From: Terracidiphilus sp.
GTDB lineage: Bacteria > Acidobacteriota > Terriglobia > Terriglobales > Acidobacteriaceae
NCBI GenBank assembly: GCA_049518435.1
Contig: JBEKRU010000021.1
Span: 63 to 64,062, forward strand
Length of the DNA: 64,000 nt
Reading direction: 5' to 3'
Each line of letters begins with the position of its first letter. Positions within the stretch are counted from its first letter, which is position 1. A program made the position numbers and the translations under genes. This document shows positions 10,052 to 19,011 of this stretch, one piece after another. The notes beneath the pieces are model-generated. The model had not been told where the DNA came from, ran no database searches, and worked only from the letters and a program-made list of their open reading frames with translations.

Positions 10052-11167
10052 ATGACAAAGCGCGTTGCAGAGTTCGCTTCACTTCAATCGATGACACTTC
10101 TTTCTCGCTTGCTGCTTGCACAGGCAGGCGGCGGGGATTTATCTTCACCGATGCTGGCGGAACTGAACTGGGATGTTAGCAATATAAGCCGCGAACAGTT
10201 CGACAATTTAGTGGCATTGGCAAGCTCGAACCACGTGATCGTGCGCGGACTGGTCATGATTGGTGACATGATGCGCGAGGCGAAGGATGAAGTCCGCGGC
10301 GAATGGGCCAAGACCGCCCTTACAGCTGAGCGAGCGCGCATCACAAAGGCCCTTGGTTTTCTGCACGACATTTGCTGCGCGTTTGAAGACAAGGCATTCG
10401 GGGTTGTGGTGATCAAGTCCCTCGATCACTGGCCCGATCTCGGCAGCGACCTCGACCTCTACACAAGCGCCTCATCGGAAGACGTAATTTACCTTATGAA
10501 GAGGCGCTTCGACGCTCAAATTGCGACACGGAGCTGGGGAGATCGCCTGGCTGGCAAGTGGAATTTTCTCATCGCCGGACTACCGGAAGCTGTCGAGGTC
10601 CACGTGGGTCGCTTGGGGCAAACTGGAGAACAGGTTGAAATTGCATCGCGCCTTCTGGAGCGCTCACGACGGGTTAAGATCGGCCTGCAGTCGTTTCGAG
10701 TTCCATCTGCTTCAGACAGGCTCATGATTTCTTCTTTGCAGCGAATGTACCGGCATTTTTATTTCCGGTTGTGCGATATTGTCGACACGGTTGCGTTGTC
10801 GACAGGTGGGGGCATTGACCACATTGACCTGCGCTCAGCAGCGACGGCAGCCGGCATTTGGGAAGGCGTTGCAACCTATCTTGCGATTGTGTCCGATTAC
10901 GCACAAAGCTATGGCGGTTCGAGTTGTGAACTGCCCCATTTCGTCACGACTACAGCACGTTTTGGTGGCGATGAAGTCTATTACGCCCGGGAATTTTTGC
11001 GTGTCCCGATCATGCCGCAATCCGTCAAGCTTTATGGACAGCAACTCGCAGGCCTGATGCGCAGGCGCGAATTGCAGAACGGCGTGCGGCTCAGCTTATT
11101 GCCATGGCTAGCTACAGCGGCATTGGTGGGGCAAAGAATCACAGGAAGCGATAAGGGCATTTGGTAA
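10052..11167 (+). CDS. Uncharacterised nucleotidyltransferase family protein (NTP_transf_5-like)
   Basis: 371 aa. The segment VVVIKSLDHWPDLGSDLDLYT fits the KG...DxD core of the uncharacterised nucleotidyltransferase family. The gene starts 21 nt after the TPR gene. Confidence 0.6.
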   Translation: MTKRVAEFASLQSMTLLSRLLLAQAGGGDLSSPMLAELNWDVSNISREQFDNLVALASSNHVIVRGLVMIGDMMREAKDEVRGEWAKTALTAERARITKALGFLHDICCAFEDKAFGVVVIKSLDHWPDLGSDLDLYTSASSEDVIYLMKRRFDAQIATRSWGDRLAGKWNFLIAGLPEAVEVHVGRLGQTGEQVEIASRLLERSRRVKIGLQSFRVPSASDRLMISSLQRMYRHFYFRLCDIVDTVALSTGGGIDHIDLRSAATAAGIWEGVATYLAIVSDYAQSYGGSSCELPHFVTTTARFGGDEVYYAREFLRVPIMPQSVKLYGQQLAGLMRRRELQNGVRLSLLPWLATAALVGQRITGSDKGIW

Positions 11168-11239
11168 GTCGGCGTATTGAGCATGGATCGCGTGGAGCTT
11201 GAGCCGGAGAATTCGGATGCGTTTGTTGTTAGTTAACCT

Positions 11240-12283
11240 GTGGTCAACCAAGAGAGGGGACGCCGGGAGTTTTGCCTCCGGCAAATTATTATGGGCGATC
11301 TGGTAACGTCGACATCTACACCAATTTCAGGCAGTGCGGCATCGGCGAATTGGTCCGAGCACACAATGCAGACCGCGAGTGCTGCTACTTTCCCATCGAT
11401 TGGATCAGAGCATGACGGGGGATTCTCTTCGAATGTCCCGGCGCCGACGGCGGAAGCTCAGCGGCCGATTTTCGCATTGGATCCGTTGTCATTCAAGCGC
11501 GACAAAACATCAAGCGCCGTTTCGTTCGTTTTCCACGTAGTGGTAATCGTTCTGGTGCTGACGCTGGCGCTGAAAGCCAGGACAATCGTTGCGTTTCCGG
11601 CAGACACGACTGTTATTCCGGTCGATTTCAAGCCCTACATTCCTCCCGTCATTCTGCCTGTCCCAAAAGCAATGGGAGGGGGCGGTGGTGGCGGCGCTCA
11701 TGACATAGTGGAAGCCGGCAAGGGGCATCTGCCCACAATCGCGAAGGTCCAGCTTATGCCCGCGCAGCTTTCCAGCTTCGATCACCCAAAGTTGGCCGCT
11801 GAGCCTTCAGAACAGGTAACGATTCCGGACAATAACAACCTACCCAGTCTTGGTGTGGCGCAGTCGCCACAGATCGCGATGGCATCTCAGGGAAGCGGCA
11901 GCGGTTCGGGATTCGGGACAGGCAGCGGTGGTGGCATTGGTTCGGGCCGTGGCGGCGGAGTAGGTGCGGGAAGCGGAGGCGCCTACGGAGGAGGTCTGAT
12001 GAGTGTGGGCGGAGGCGTTGCCGCACCGCAGCTTATTCATTCGGTCGAGCCCGAGTTCACGGAGCAGGCTCGCCGCGAGAACTACCAAGGCAGCGTATCA
12101 ATCAAACTCATTGTGGATTCGCAAGGAAACCCGCAGGACGTTCGCCTGGCAAGTCATCTGGGAATGGGGTTGGAGGAAAAAGCCATCGAAGCCGTGAGAC
12201 AGTACAACTTCAAGGCGGCCATGTACCAGGGACATCCTGTATCTGTGCAGATTGTCGTCGAGGTAGATTTCCATCTCCATTGA
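11240..12283 (+). CDS. TonB-family energy transducer (C-terminal TonB domain)
   Basis: The C-terminus VAAPQLIHSVEPEFTEQARRENYQGSVSIKLIVDSQGNPQDVRL...AIEAVRQYNFKAAMYQGHPVSV is a typical TonB_C domain. There is a single TM (VSFVFHVVVIVLVLTLAL) and a Gly-rich rather than Pro-rich linker. The start is uncertain (11240, 11291 or later). Confidence 0.8.
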   Translation: MVNQERGRREFCLRQIIMGDLVTSTSTPISGSAASANWSEHTMQTASAATFPSIGSEHDGGFSSNVPAPTAEAQRPIFALDPLSFKRDKTSSAVSFVFHVVVIVLVLTLALKARTIVAFPADTTVIPVDFKPYIPPVILPVPKAMGGGGGGGAHDIVEAGKGHLPTIAKVQLMPAQLSSFDHPKLAAEPSEQVTIPDNNNLPSLGVAQSPQIAMASQGSGSGSGFGTGSGGGIGSGRGGGVGAGSGGAYGGGLMSVGGGVAAPQLIHSVEPEFTEQARRENYQGSVSIKLIVDSQGNPQDVRLASHLGMGLEEKAIEAVRQYNFKAAMYQGHPVSVQIVVEVDFHLH

Positions 12284-12295
12284 TCTCGAGAGCCG

Positions 12296-12337
12296 CATGA
12301 AGAGAGGGGAGCAAATGGAGGCTCTTCTTTCTTCATG
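12296..12337. terminator. Hairpin between convergent genes (possible bidirectional terminator)
   Basis: CATGAAGAGAGG...CTTCTTTCTTCATG forms a stem of about 12 bp with G-U wobbles, 13 nt after the TonB stop. The U-run is not immediately adjacent, so this is weak. Confidence 0.35.
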
Positions 12338-12483
12338 ACCAACCATTAGTTTTTTCCTGCGAGTGAAGGTCCGATTCTTACTGTTTGCCCGGCGACGAGT
12401 TTGCCGAAGGTTCATTCACGTCCGGCAGAGCGAATGCGTCAAATGCGGCTCCGATGACCTGCTATTGAGAAATTGAACTTATA

Positions 12484-13663
12484 TCAATGGATGACTTTCT
12501 CAGCCGTCTCCGTGTGTTGCGATGCTGGCTTCTTCGCATAATACCCCTTGCGTGTCCTCACGATCAGCTCGCCACGCTTCTGTGCGCTCGCTTCAACCCG
12601 TACAGTCCGATAGCCTCCCAGGCTGGCCGCCTTGGTGGCGCGATAGCCGATTGTGTATTGGTCCCGAATGTCCCGAACGACCTCCGCCGTAATGCTATCG
12701 ACTTCCTGCAAAGAACGCGGGAAATAGGCGATTCCGCCGGTCTCCCGCGACAGCTTCTCAAGTGCGGTTCTCGCTTTCTCGGATTCCTCTTTTTTGTCGT
12801 CGAAGAGTGACCCGATTGTATAAACCACAGGCCCTCCCAGGTTTTGAACGCGGCGAATAGCCTGTTCCAGGTCAGTGCGCGACGCATTGTCCGCTCCATC
12901 GGTGATTACTAATAACACCTGCTTTGGGAGCTTTCCATGATTGGCTAATTCGGCCGCTGAAACAGCCACGGAGTCATACAAGGCAGTGGTGCCCTTGGAA
13001 TCGAAATGTGAAAGTCCCCGATCGAGCTCGCTGTTGTCTGAAATGAGCCCGTGGTCCAGATAGGCCCTATCGGAAAAGTTCACAATGAACGTCTTATCCA
13101 GAGGTTTGAAGCCCTAAAAGATTCAAGGTGGTTGCATTGACCGCCGCACGCTTGTCAAGCATCGAGCCCGAGTTATCCACAAGAATGCCTAAGGAAACTG
13201 GCTGGTCCAGGTGCGCGAAAGAAGTGGTCATCTGCGGAACTCCATCTTCCCAGATTTGGCAGTCGCCGCGGCTCAAATCTGTAACCAGTCGGCCTTTCTC
13301 ATCCACCGCCGCGCAGCTCAACAAAACCTCATCCGTATCCTGATGCATCGTGTAGATGCCGTCTTTGACTTTTTGAATCTCGCCAGGGTGAGCCGGCGCA
13401 GGGGAAGACGACGCAACTATTGCCGGCGCGATTTCCTCATGATCCGGCGAGGGAATCGGGTCGTGGTCTACGTCCAGACGCGGCTGAACTTCAGGGCGGG
13501 TGAGATCCTGCATCGTCGCAACTTGCGCCTGCGAGGGCACGGCAGGCTGCATCTGGCACAGTGACGACAATCCACCGTTGACAAGCAGCAACAAAGACGC
13601 CAGACGAATAGGCCGAATCGTTTGCAGACTAAGAGAACGCGGATCCCAAGACATGATCTCCAC
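12484..13663 (-). pseudogene. VWFA-related Acidobacterial-domain (von Willebrand A) protein, frame-shifted
   Basis: The N-terminal ORF 13094..13663 ends ..GILVDNSGSMLDKRAAVNATTLNLLGLQTSG*. The alternative frame continues GFKPLDKTFIVNFSDRAYL...TALYDSV...LLVITDGADNAS (12484..13083). One base at the CCC/GGG run (13112..13114) separates the frames. It is a paralog of the intact 40107..41159. Confidence 0.75.
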
Positions 13664-13848
13664 TGCCCTTCCCTATCGGTTAGCAGAACTCAATGTTGCT
13701 GCCGTGGGCCCCGTCGCAGGGATGATTTGGTCCATCGGCAATTCCAGCGAGAAGAGAGGAGCAGAACCTTCATCAGCAAACACCCAAATGCCGTGAAAAG
13801 TATCATGCAACTCAGGATGCAATGTCAGCAACATCGTCGTCACCTCGG

Positions 13849-14559
13849 TCACCTGTCTCCGGGCGCTTGGACGATCTGAAGTTGTGCTGTCTCCGCTACG
13901 TCGGGAATGTAATGCACCTCAAGGTCAAACGCGCCCAATGCTGCCGTTGTTTCAATCGAGGTAACCTGAAAAACCGAGCCATGCGCATCAAGCATTAACG
14001 GTTTGGCACCGGGAAGACTGGCGAGGTGTACCTCGTCTTCTTCGCGTTGCAGGTTTTCGAGGTTCGGACTGGACAGGAACTCCACCGGATTCAGAAAATA
14101 AGCTGCAGTTCGATAGTAAAACCATGCATCCCAGTTCTTGCCGTTTTTGGCAAATTGACGTGCCGACGCCCAATACCAAAGCCCATCGTGATCCGCCTCT
14201 GTCATTGGCTTGTTGAAGAAACCGGCAAGGAGGCAGCGATGCTCAACTGACTCCGAGAGAATAAGGGCAACCTGCTGCGGCTTTGCTACGCCCGTTGCAT
14301 GGAGAATGGCCAATGCGTACGAGTCCGGCGGCAGACCGGTAAAGTTCACTACCACAACCGGGTCTCCACAATAGAAATCTGTTCGAGCGACTCCCACTGA
14401 CTCGGCGGATGCATCCAGCGCATAAAGATTGTCGACCGTTATCGCGGCTCCTTGCACAAGTGGCCTCAGGCCTTTGACGGAATCCGCAATCCCACTAAAA
14501 TCAGCTGCCCCTGGAGGAATGGTCATCGCCTGAAGGGTCTGCACATCCCCACGTTGCAC
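13849..14559 (-). CDS. Hypothetical protein (possibly the mature part of a frame-shifted secreted protein)
   Basis: 236-aa ORF with no family recognised. An upstream ORF in a different frame (14523..14735) encodes only a signal peptide (MLLRRCSVARASLFLLAFAFAKLPGAASA). The 13849 frame is open upstream (..SIADDCHERDALSTAARSIANNV..) but has no start codon. Confidence 0.5.
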   Translation of the reverse strand: MQRGDVQTLQAMTIPPGAADFSGIADSVKGLRPLVQGAAITVDNLYALDASAESVGVARTDFYCGDPVVVVNFTGLPPDSYALAILHATGVAKPQQVALILSESVEHRCLLAGFFNKPMTEADHDGLWYWASARQFAKNGKNWDAWFYYRTAAYFLNPVEFLSSPNLENLQREEDEVHLASLPGAKPLMLDAHGSVFQVTSIETTAALGAFDLEVHYIPDVAETAQLQIVQAPGDR

Positions 14560-15442
14560 GTTGTTTGCAATGCTTCGTGCAGCAGTCGACAGGGCATCCC
14601 GCTCATGGCAGTCATCTGCGATTGAGTCTTGAAGGATGCGGCACTGGCGGCTCCGGGCAGCTTTGCGAACGCAAAAGCCAACAGGAACAAGCTAGCTCGC
14701 GCCACACTGCATCGTCTAAGTAACATGAATGCCACTTCTCGTGGTGCTCGTACATGTGGTCCATCACAGATTCCCGCGGCATACTTATATGATGCAAATA
14801 TCTCATCGTGCGATCACATCGCGCAGGAGAAAGGTCCATAATTCTTTGGCGATGTACCAACCCGTGCTCACCAACTGATTACGTCTTCCCTACTATCGCT
14901 ATGTCGTTCGCTTTCCATCCGTAAATGCTTGATGGTACCATTCCTCAGAGACACGGATGTTTAATGCTGATCTCATGGACTAAGTGATCTCTTTTGCTCA
15001 CTTATGATGATTAATGCTCAACACCGAATCAGTCTGTGGATGGTCTGACTCGTCAGGTGAGCAAAAGTGTATATACTTGCCGAGAGACAATTTGATTTAG
15101 ATTCCTTTGATCTGATGCCAAGGTACCAATAGCTCGTGAGTTATGCGGCGACTTTCAGTGGCTAATTCTTAGCAGATGGCCGCCACGACAAGTTCTGCAT
15201 TGCTCTTTGGCTTGAGATGTGATTCTCACGGCGTTTCAAAGATACACGCAATCTATAGCCGCCGAGTCCGCTCGATGTTCAGAGGTTACTGAGCTATCAC
15301 GAGGCACGACGCTTCGGGGCCTCTCAGACCAACCCGTTTGGATAATGAAACCGACTCGAATCGCTCGCCGGAACGGTGCAGTAGTCAGGGCCTTGTGGCA
15401 ATCATACAAGTACGCAATTCAACCTTATTTTGAGGCTAATTC

Positions 15443-16731
15443 ATGAAAACTCTCTTCTCCATTCCGTTCCTCGTACTTGCTCTTACCTTACCAGCATCCG
15501 CAAATGTCGTGGTAAGCACACCGTCGAATCGTGAGACTGTTGGTGCGACAGTAGGCTACTCAGCAACCGCAACGACAAGGACCTGTGCGCGAGGCGTGGC
15601 ATCGATGGGTGTCTATATTGATTCCCAATTGCTCTTTGTCGTTGATGGAAACGACTTGAAGACCACTCTCTCTGTGCCCCCAGGAGCGCACAATACCGTA
15701 ATTGAAGAGTGGGACTACTGTGGAGATGCGACTTTTGTCTCGATGAAGATTACCTCCCCAGGTACGGTCTGCGTTCATGTAACATCCCCGGCAAACGGTA
15801 GCACAGTCAGTTCTCCTGCAAATTATGTTGCAACAGCTACGAGCAGTTGTCCCAAAGGCGTAGCATCTATTGGCATCTACGTGAATAATAAGTTCGTCGT
15901 CTCACAGAACGGAGCAAATCTGAACACTCAGGTTAGCCTCGATGCGGGAACTCAGCACACAGTCGTAGAAGAGTGGGACGAGTGTGGAGGGTCATCCTAC
16001 ACAGCGATCAATGTTACGGCGCAGGCGATGACAGTTTAATCTCCAACCTGCAGGCCAGTGAGGGATGGAAGGACTGGGGCGAATTAACACCGGATTACAA
16101 CATTTGCACTTCGCCATGTTCAGGTGTGACGTGGTCCATGTCGCAGCATGTAAAGTCGCCATCTTTGAGTGGAAATGCAACTCAGTTCAATGTCGGCGGA
16201 ACCGCGCCCTATTCCGATGTTCTGTGGTCGATTCCGCTGCTCGGCCAAGGGACAACACAAGATATTCCCGACACGGGTCACACGCTCATCCCAACCGTTC
16301 GCAATTTCAGCTACGATGCCTACTTCTACGGATCAAATCTGGGACTTACGCAGGTCCTGGAATTTGACGTCAACATGTACATGAATGGACTCGGATTCAT
16401 TTGGGGAACCCAGTGCCGTATTGCGGGTGGAAACGAATGGGATATCTGGGACGACGAGACTTCTAAATGGATCCCAACCGGCGGCGCCTGCAAGCCTGTA
16501 AATGACCAGTGGAATCATGTGACAATTCAGGTGCAACGGGAAGAGGACAACACTCTTCTTTATGAGTCGATATCGCTGAACGGAGTGACTTCCAACATTA
16601 ACAAGACATCTCCGCCGTTCTCCGTTCCATCTGGCTGGTGGGGAGTTACGGCCAACTACCAAATGGATGGAAACTCCAGGCAATCGACAAATAGCACCTA
16701 CCCGGATAATTTCAGCGTCACTTACTGGTAA
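15443..16731 (+). pseudogene. Secreted protein with two Ig-like domains plus a C-terminal beta-sandwich (lectin-like) domain, frame-shifted
   Basis: ORF 15443..16039 carries a signal peptide and two tandem ~85-aa domains, and ends ..SSYTAINVTAQAMTV*. Frame +2 continues ..GDDSLISNLQASEGW... through to ...NFSVTYW (15973..16731). It is a paralog of the intact 38065..39078, sharing SPSLSG, FxYDAxxY and a terminal Y(R)W. Confidence 0.65.
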
Positions 16732-17240
16732 CAAGCTGACGGCCAATTTGTTTGCCGCATTCCGGTAGATCAAGATTGAATCGGCCAAGGCATTCCTCAA
16801 AGCATGTATGGAACTAATTGACACTTTCTGAATCACCGTCAGTTTGTCGATTGAGAAGCCATCGGCCTCTTACCACTTCCAAGGCCGCTCATTCCCCAAC
16901 GCCCAGAACTCTGGCTATTCCTGTCGATTGAAAAAATGCGTTAGGAAGAGATCAAACGGTTCCAAGGGCTCCTTCTGTGCCTCCCTTCTCAGATCGCAAT
17001 TTACGAAAGCGCACTTTGAACTCAACAGAAAGTGTGCAGAATTGGGCAGTAGCACGATTTTGTTGCGGCTAAATTTATGAATTGCACCGAATTGGATCAT
17101 GAAGAGGCCGCATGTTTGTCCGGTCCCAGCCAGCAGATAATCCACAGACCTGAAATGAGTGCTTTCCAAGATTCGATTTTTTTGCGAATCTGTATGAAAA
17201 TTGGAGATGGAGCAGTTAGCCGGGCAGTGCTTGAGGCGGA

Positions 17241-18929
17241 ATGGATTCATCAGACAGGCGCACTTTTCTCAAACTATGTATTAGTTCTGTGCCGGCTTTG
17301 ATGCTTGCCAGGCGCATGGATGCCGACGAGCTAGATACCCGTGTGAGTGCTCAGCAGCTATACCGCACACCTGGCACGGTTGATCGATACATTGATCCAC
17401 TGCCCGTTCCGAAGCCACTGATGTCGGAGAGTACGAGCAAGGATGGGATTGAATATCGCGTTCGCATGTTGGAATTTACGAAACAGCTGCATTCGCAGCT
17501 GCCGCCGACGAGGCTGTGGGGATATGAAGGCCAATTTCCCGGCCCCACCATCGAAGCGCGTCGCGGCAAGCCAATCGTTGTCCGTTGGGAAAATCATCTT
17601 CCCTTGCACCATATGCTCGAAATTGACCCCCGCATACACGGCGCGATGCCTCCGGCCCCGGAGGTCCGAACCGTGCCCCATCTTCACGGAGCACGTACTC
17701 GATCGGAGAGCGACGGGTTACCGGAGAGATGGTTCACCCCCGGAGCTTCGGCTCTCTATGCTTATCCCAATAGCCAGGAGGCTGCAACGCTCTGGTATCA
17801 CGATCATGCGGTAGGAATTACCCGCTTGAATGTGTATGCGGGTTTGTCCGGGTTCTATCTCCTCCGCGACGACGAAGAGCGCGGCATGGGCTTGCCTTTC
17901 GGCGATTACGAAGTCCCACTTGTTCTGCAGGATCGCACGCTGGATGACCAGGGTCAGCTCGCCTACGCACCAACATTCGATGATGGCCAGAGGCCGCCTC
18001 CGCACTGGTGGGCGCCAGAGTTGTTTGGCGACCTTCCAGTCGTGAACGGCGCAATCTACCCTTATCTGCAAGTCGAACCGCGCCGCTATCGACTGCGCCT
18101 CTTAAATGGCGCGAACTCAAGGTTCTTCAATCTTTTCTTCAATCTGTCGAAGTCCCCTACAGATATTCCGTCGCTCGTATCATTCCATCAGATCGGCACC
18201 GACGGTGGTTTTTTACCAGGGCCAGTTGCGTTGCAAAAGCTGTTACTGTCGCCGGCTGAACGCGCCGACGTGATTGTTGATTTTTCCGGACTCGAAGGTA
18301 AAACCGTGACCTTGTCAAACAATGCTTCTGCTCCATTTCCCGGATGGGGCGCGATGGTCAATCCACACCATGCACAGTTATATGAGTTAATGCAGTTTCG
18401 GGTCACTCTCTCGCTCTCCAGCAATCGGATATTCATGGGCATGCGAGGAGTTCAACCGCTCATTAAATTGGATGAAGCTAAATCCGTCGCTACGAGGGAT
18501 TTCATACTGTCCGAAGGGATCTATCATCAAGGGCGAGGAATGTGTGTAGAAATCAACAGCAAGAAATACGACGATCCGGTCACGGAAATTGTGAAATTGG
18601 GATCCACTGAGATATGGAGATTCATCAACAATACTGAGGACGCGCATCCGATGCATTTGCATCTAGTGCAGTTTCAGATTCTGCGCCGTCAGGGTTTTAA
18701 TCCTGTGGCATTGCGGAACGGCACCCTGGAATTGGTGGGGATACCCCGTCTGCCTGCGGCAAATGAGGACGGGTGGAAGGATACAGCGGTGGTCAACCCA
18801 CGAGAGGTGCTCACGATAATCGCTCGATTCGAAGGCTACACCGGTCGCTATGTTTTTCACTGCCACATGTTGGAACATGAGGATAACGACATGATGCGGC
18901 CATTTGAGGTTGTGTCAAATGAGCAGTAA
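17241..18929 (+). CDS. Multicopper oxidase (three-domain, bilirubin oxidase/CotA/CueO-like) with Tat signal
   Basis: Tat motif SDRRTFLKL. Copper-ligand motifs HLHG, WYHDH, HPMHLH and HCHMLEHEDNDMM are all present. Confidence 0.9.
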   Translation: MDSSDRRTFLKLCISSVPALMLARRMDADELDTRVSAQQLYRTPGTVDRYIDPLPVPKPLMSESTSKDGIEYRVRMLEFTKQLHSQLPPTRLWGYEGQFPGPTIEARRGKPIVVRWENHLPLHHMLEIDPRIHGAMPPAPEVRTVPHLHGARTRSESDGLPERWFTPGASALYAYPNSQEAATLWYHDHAVGITRLNVYAGLSGFYLLRDDEERGMGLPFGDYEVPLVLQDRTLDDQGQLAYAPTFDDGQRPPPHWWAPELFGDLPVVNGAIYPYLQVEPRRYRLRLLNGANSRFFNLFFNLSKSPTDIPSLVSFHQIGTDGGFLPGPVALQKLLLSPAERADVIVDFSGLEGKTVTLSNNASAPFPGWGAMVNPHHAQLYELMQFRVTLSLSSNRIFMGMRGVQPLIKLDEAKSVATRDFILSEGIYHQGRGMCVEINSKKYDDPVTEIVKLGSTEIWRFINNTEDAHPMHLHLVQFQILRRQGFNPVALRNGTLELVGIPRLPAANEDGWKDTAVVNPREVLTIIARFEGYTGRYVFHCHMLEHEDNDMMRPFEVVSNEQ

Positions 18930-19011
18930 TCTCCCGTACGCGAGATGGGGTAATCGGCACCTCTCGGATCAGCCCATCAAACAAACCGAAATCCTTGCCG
19001 ACGAACCTCCC

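Noticed and set aside
11640-12010. Gly-rich low-complexity tract in the TonB-like protein (GGGGGGAHD.., GSGSGSGFGTGSGGGIGSGRGGGVGAGSGG) as an independent repeat element.
   Set aside because: It sits where TonB proteins carry their flexible periplasmic linker. The Gly-rich rather than Pro-rich composition is unusual, but nothing suggests a separate element.
16750-17240. ORFs 16333..16836(-), 16915..17250(-) and 16844..17080(+) in the gap before the multicopper oxidase gene.
   Set aside because: No motifs, signal sequences or RBSs were recognised. They overlap each other and have atypical composition. I treat the region as intergenic, and a short decayed fragment cannot be excluded.
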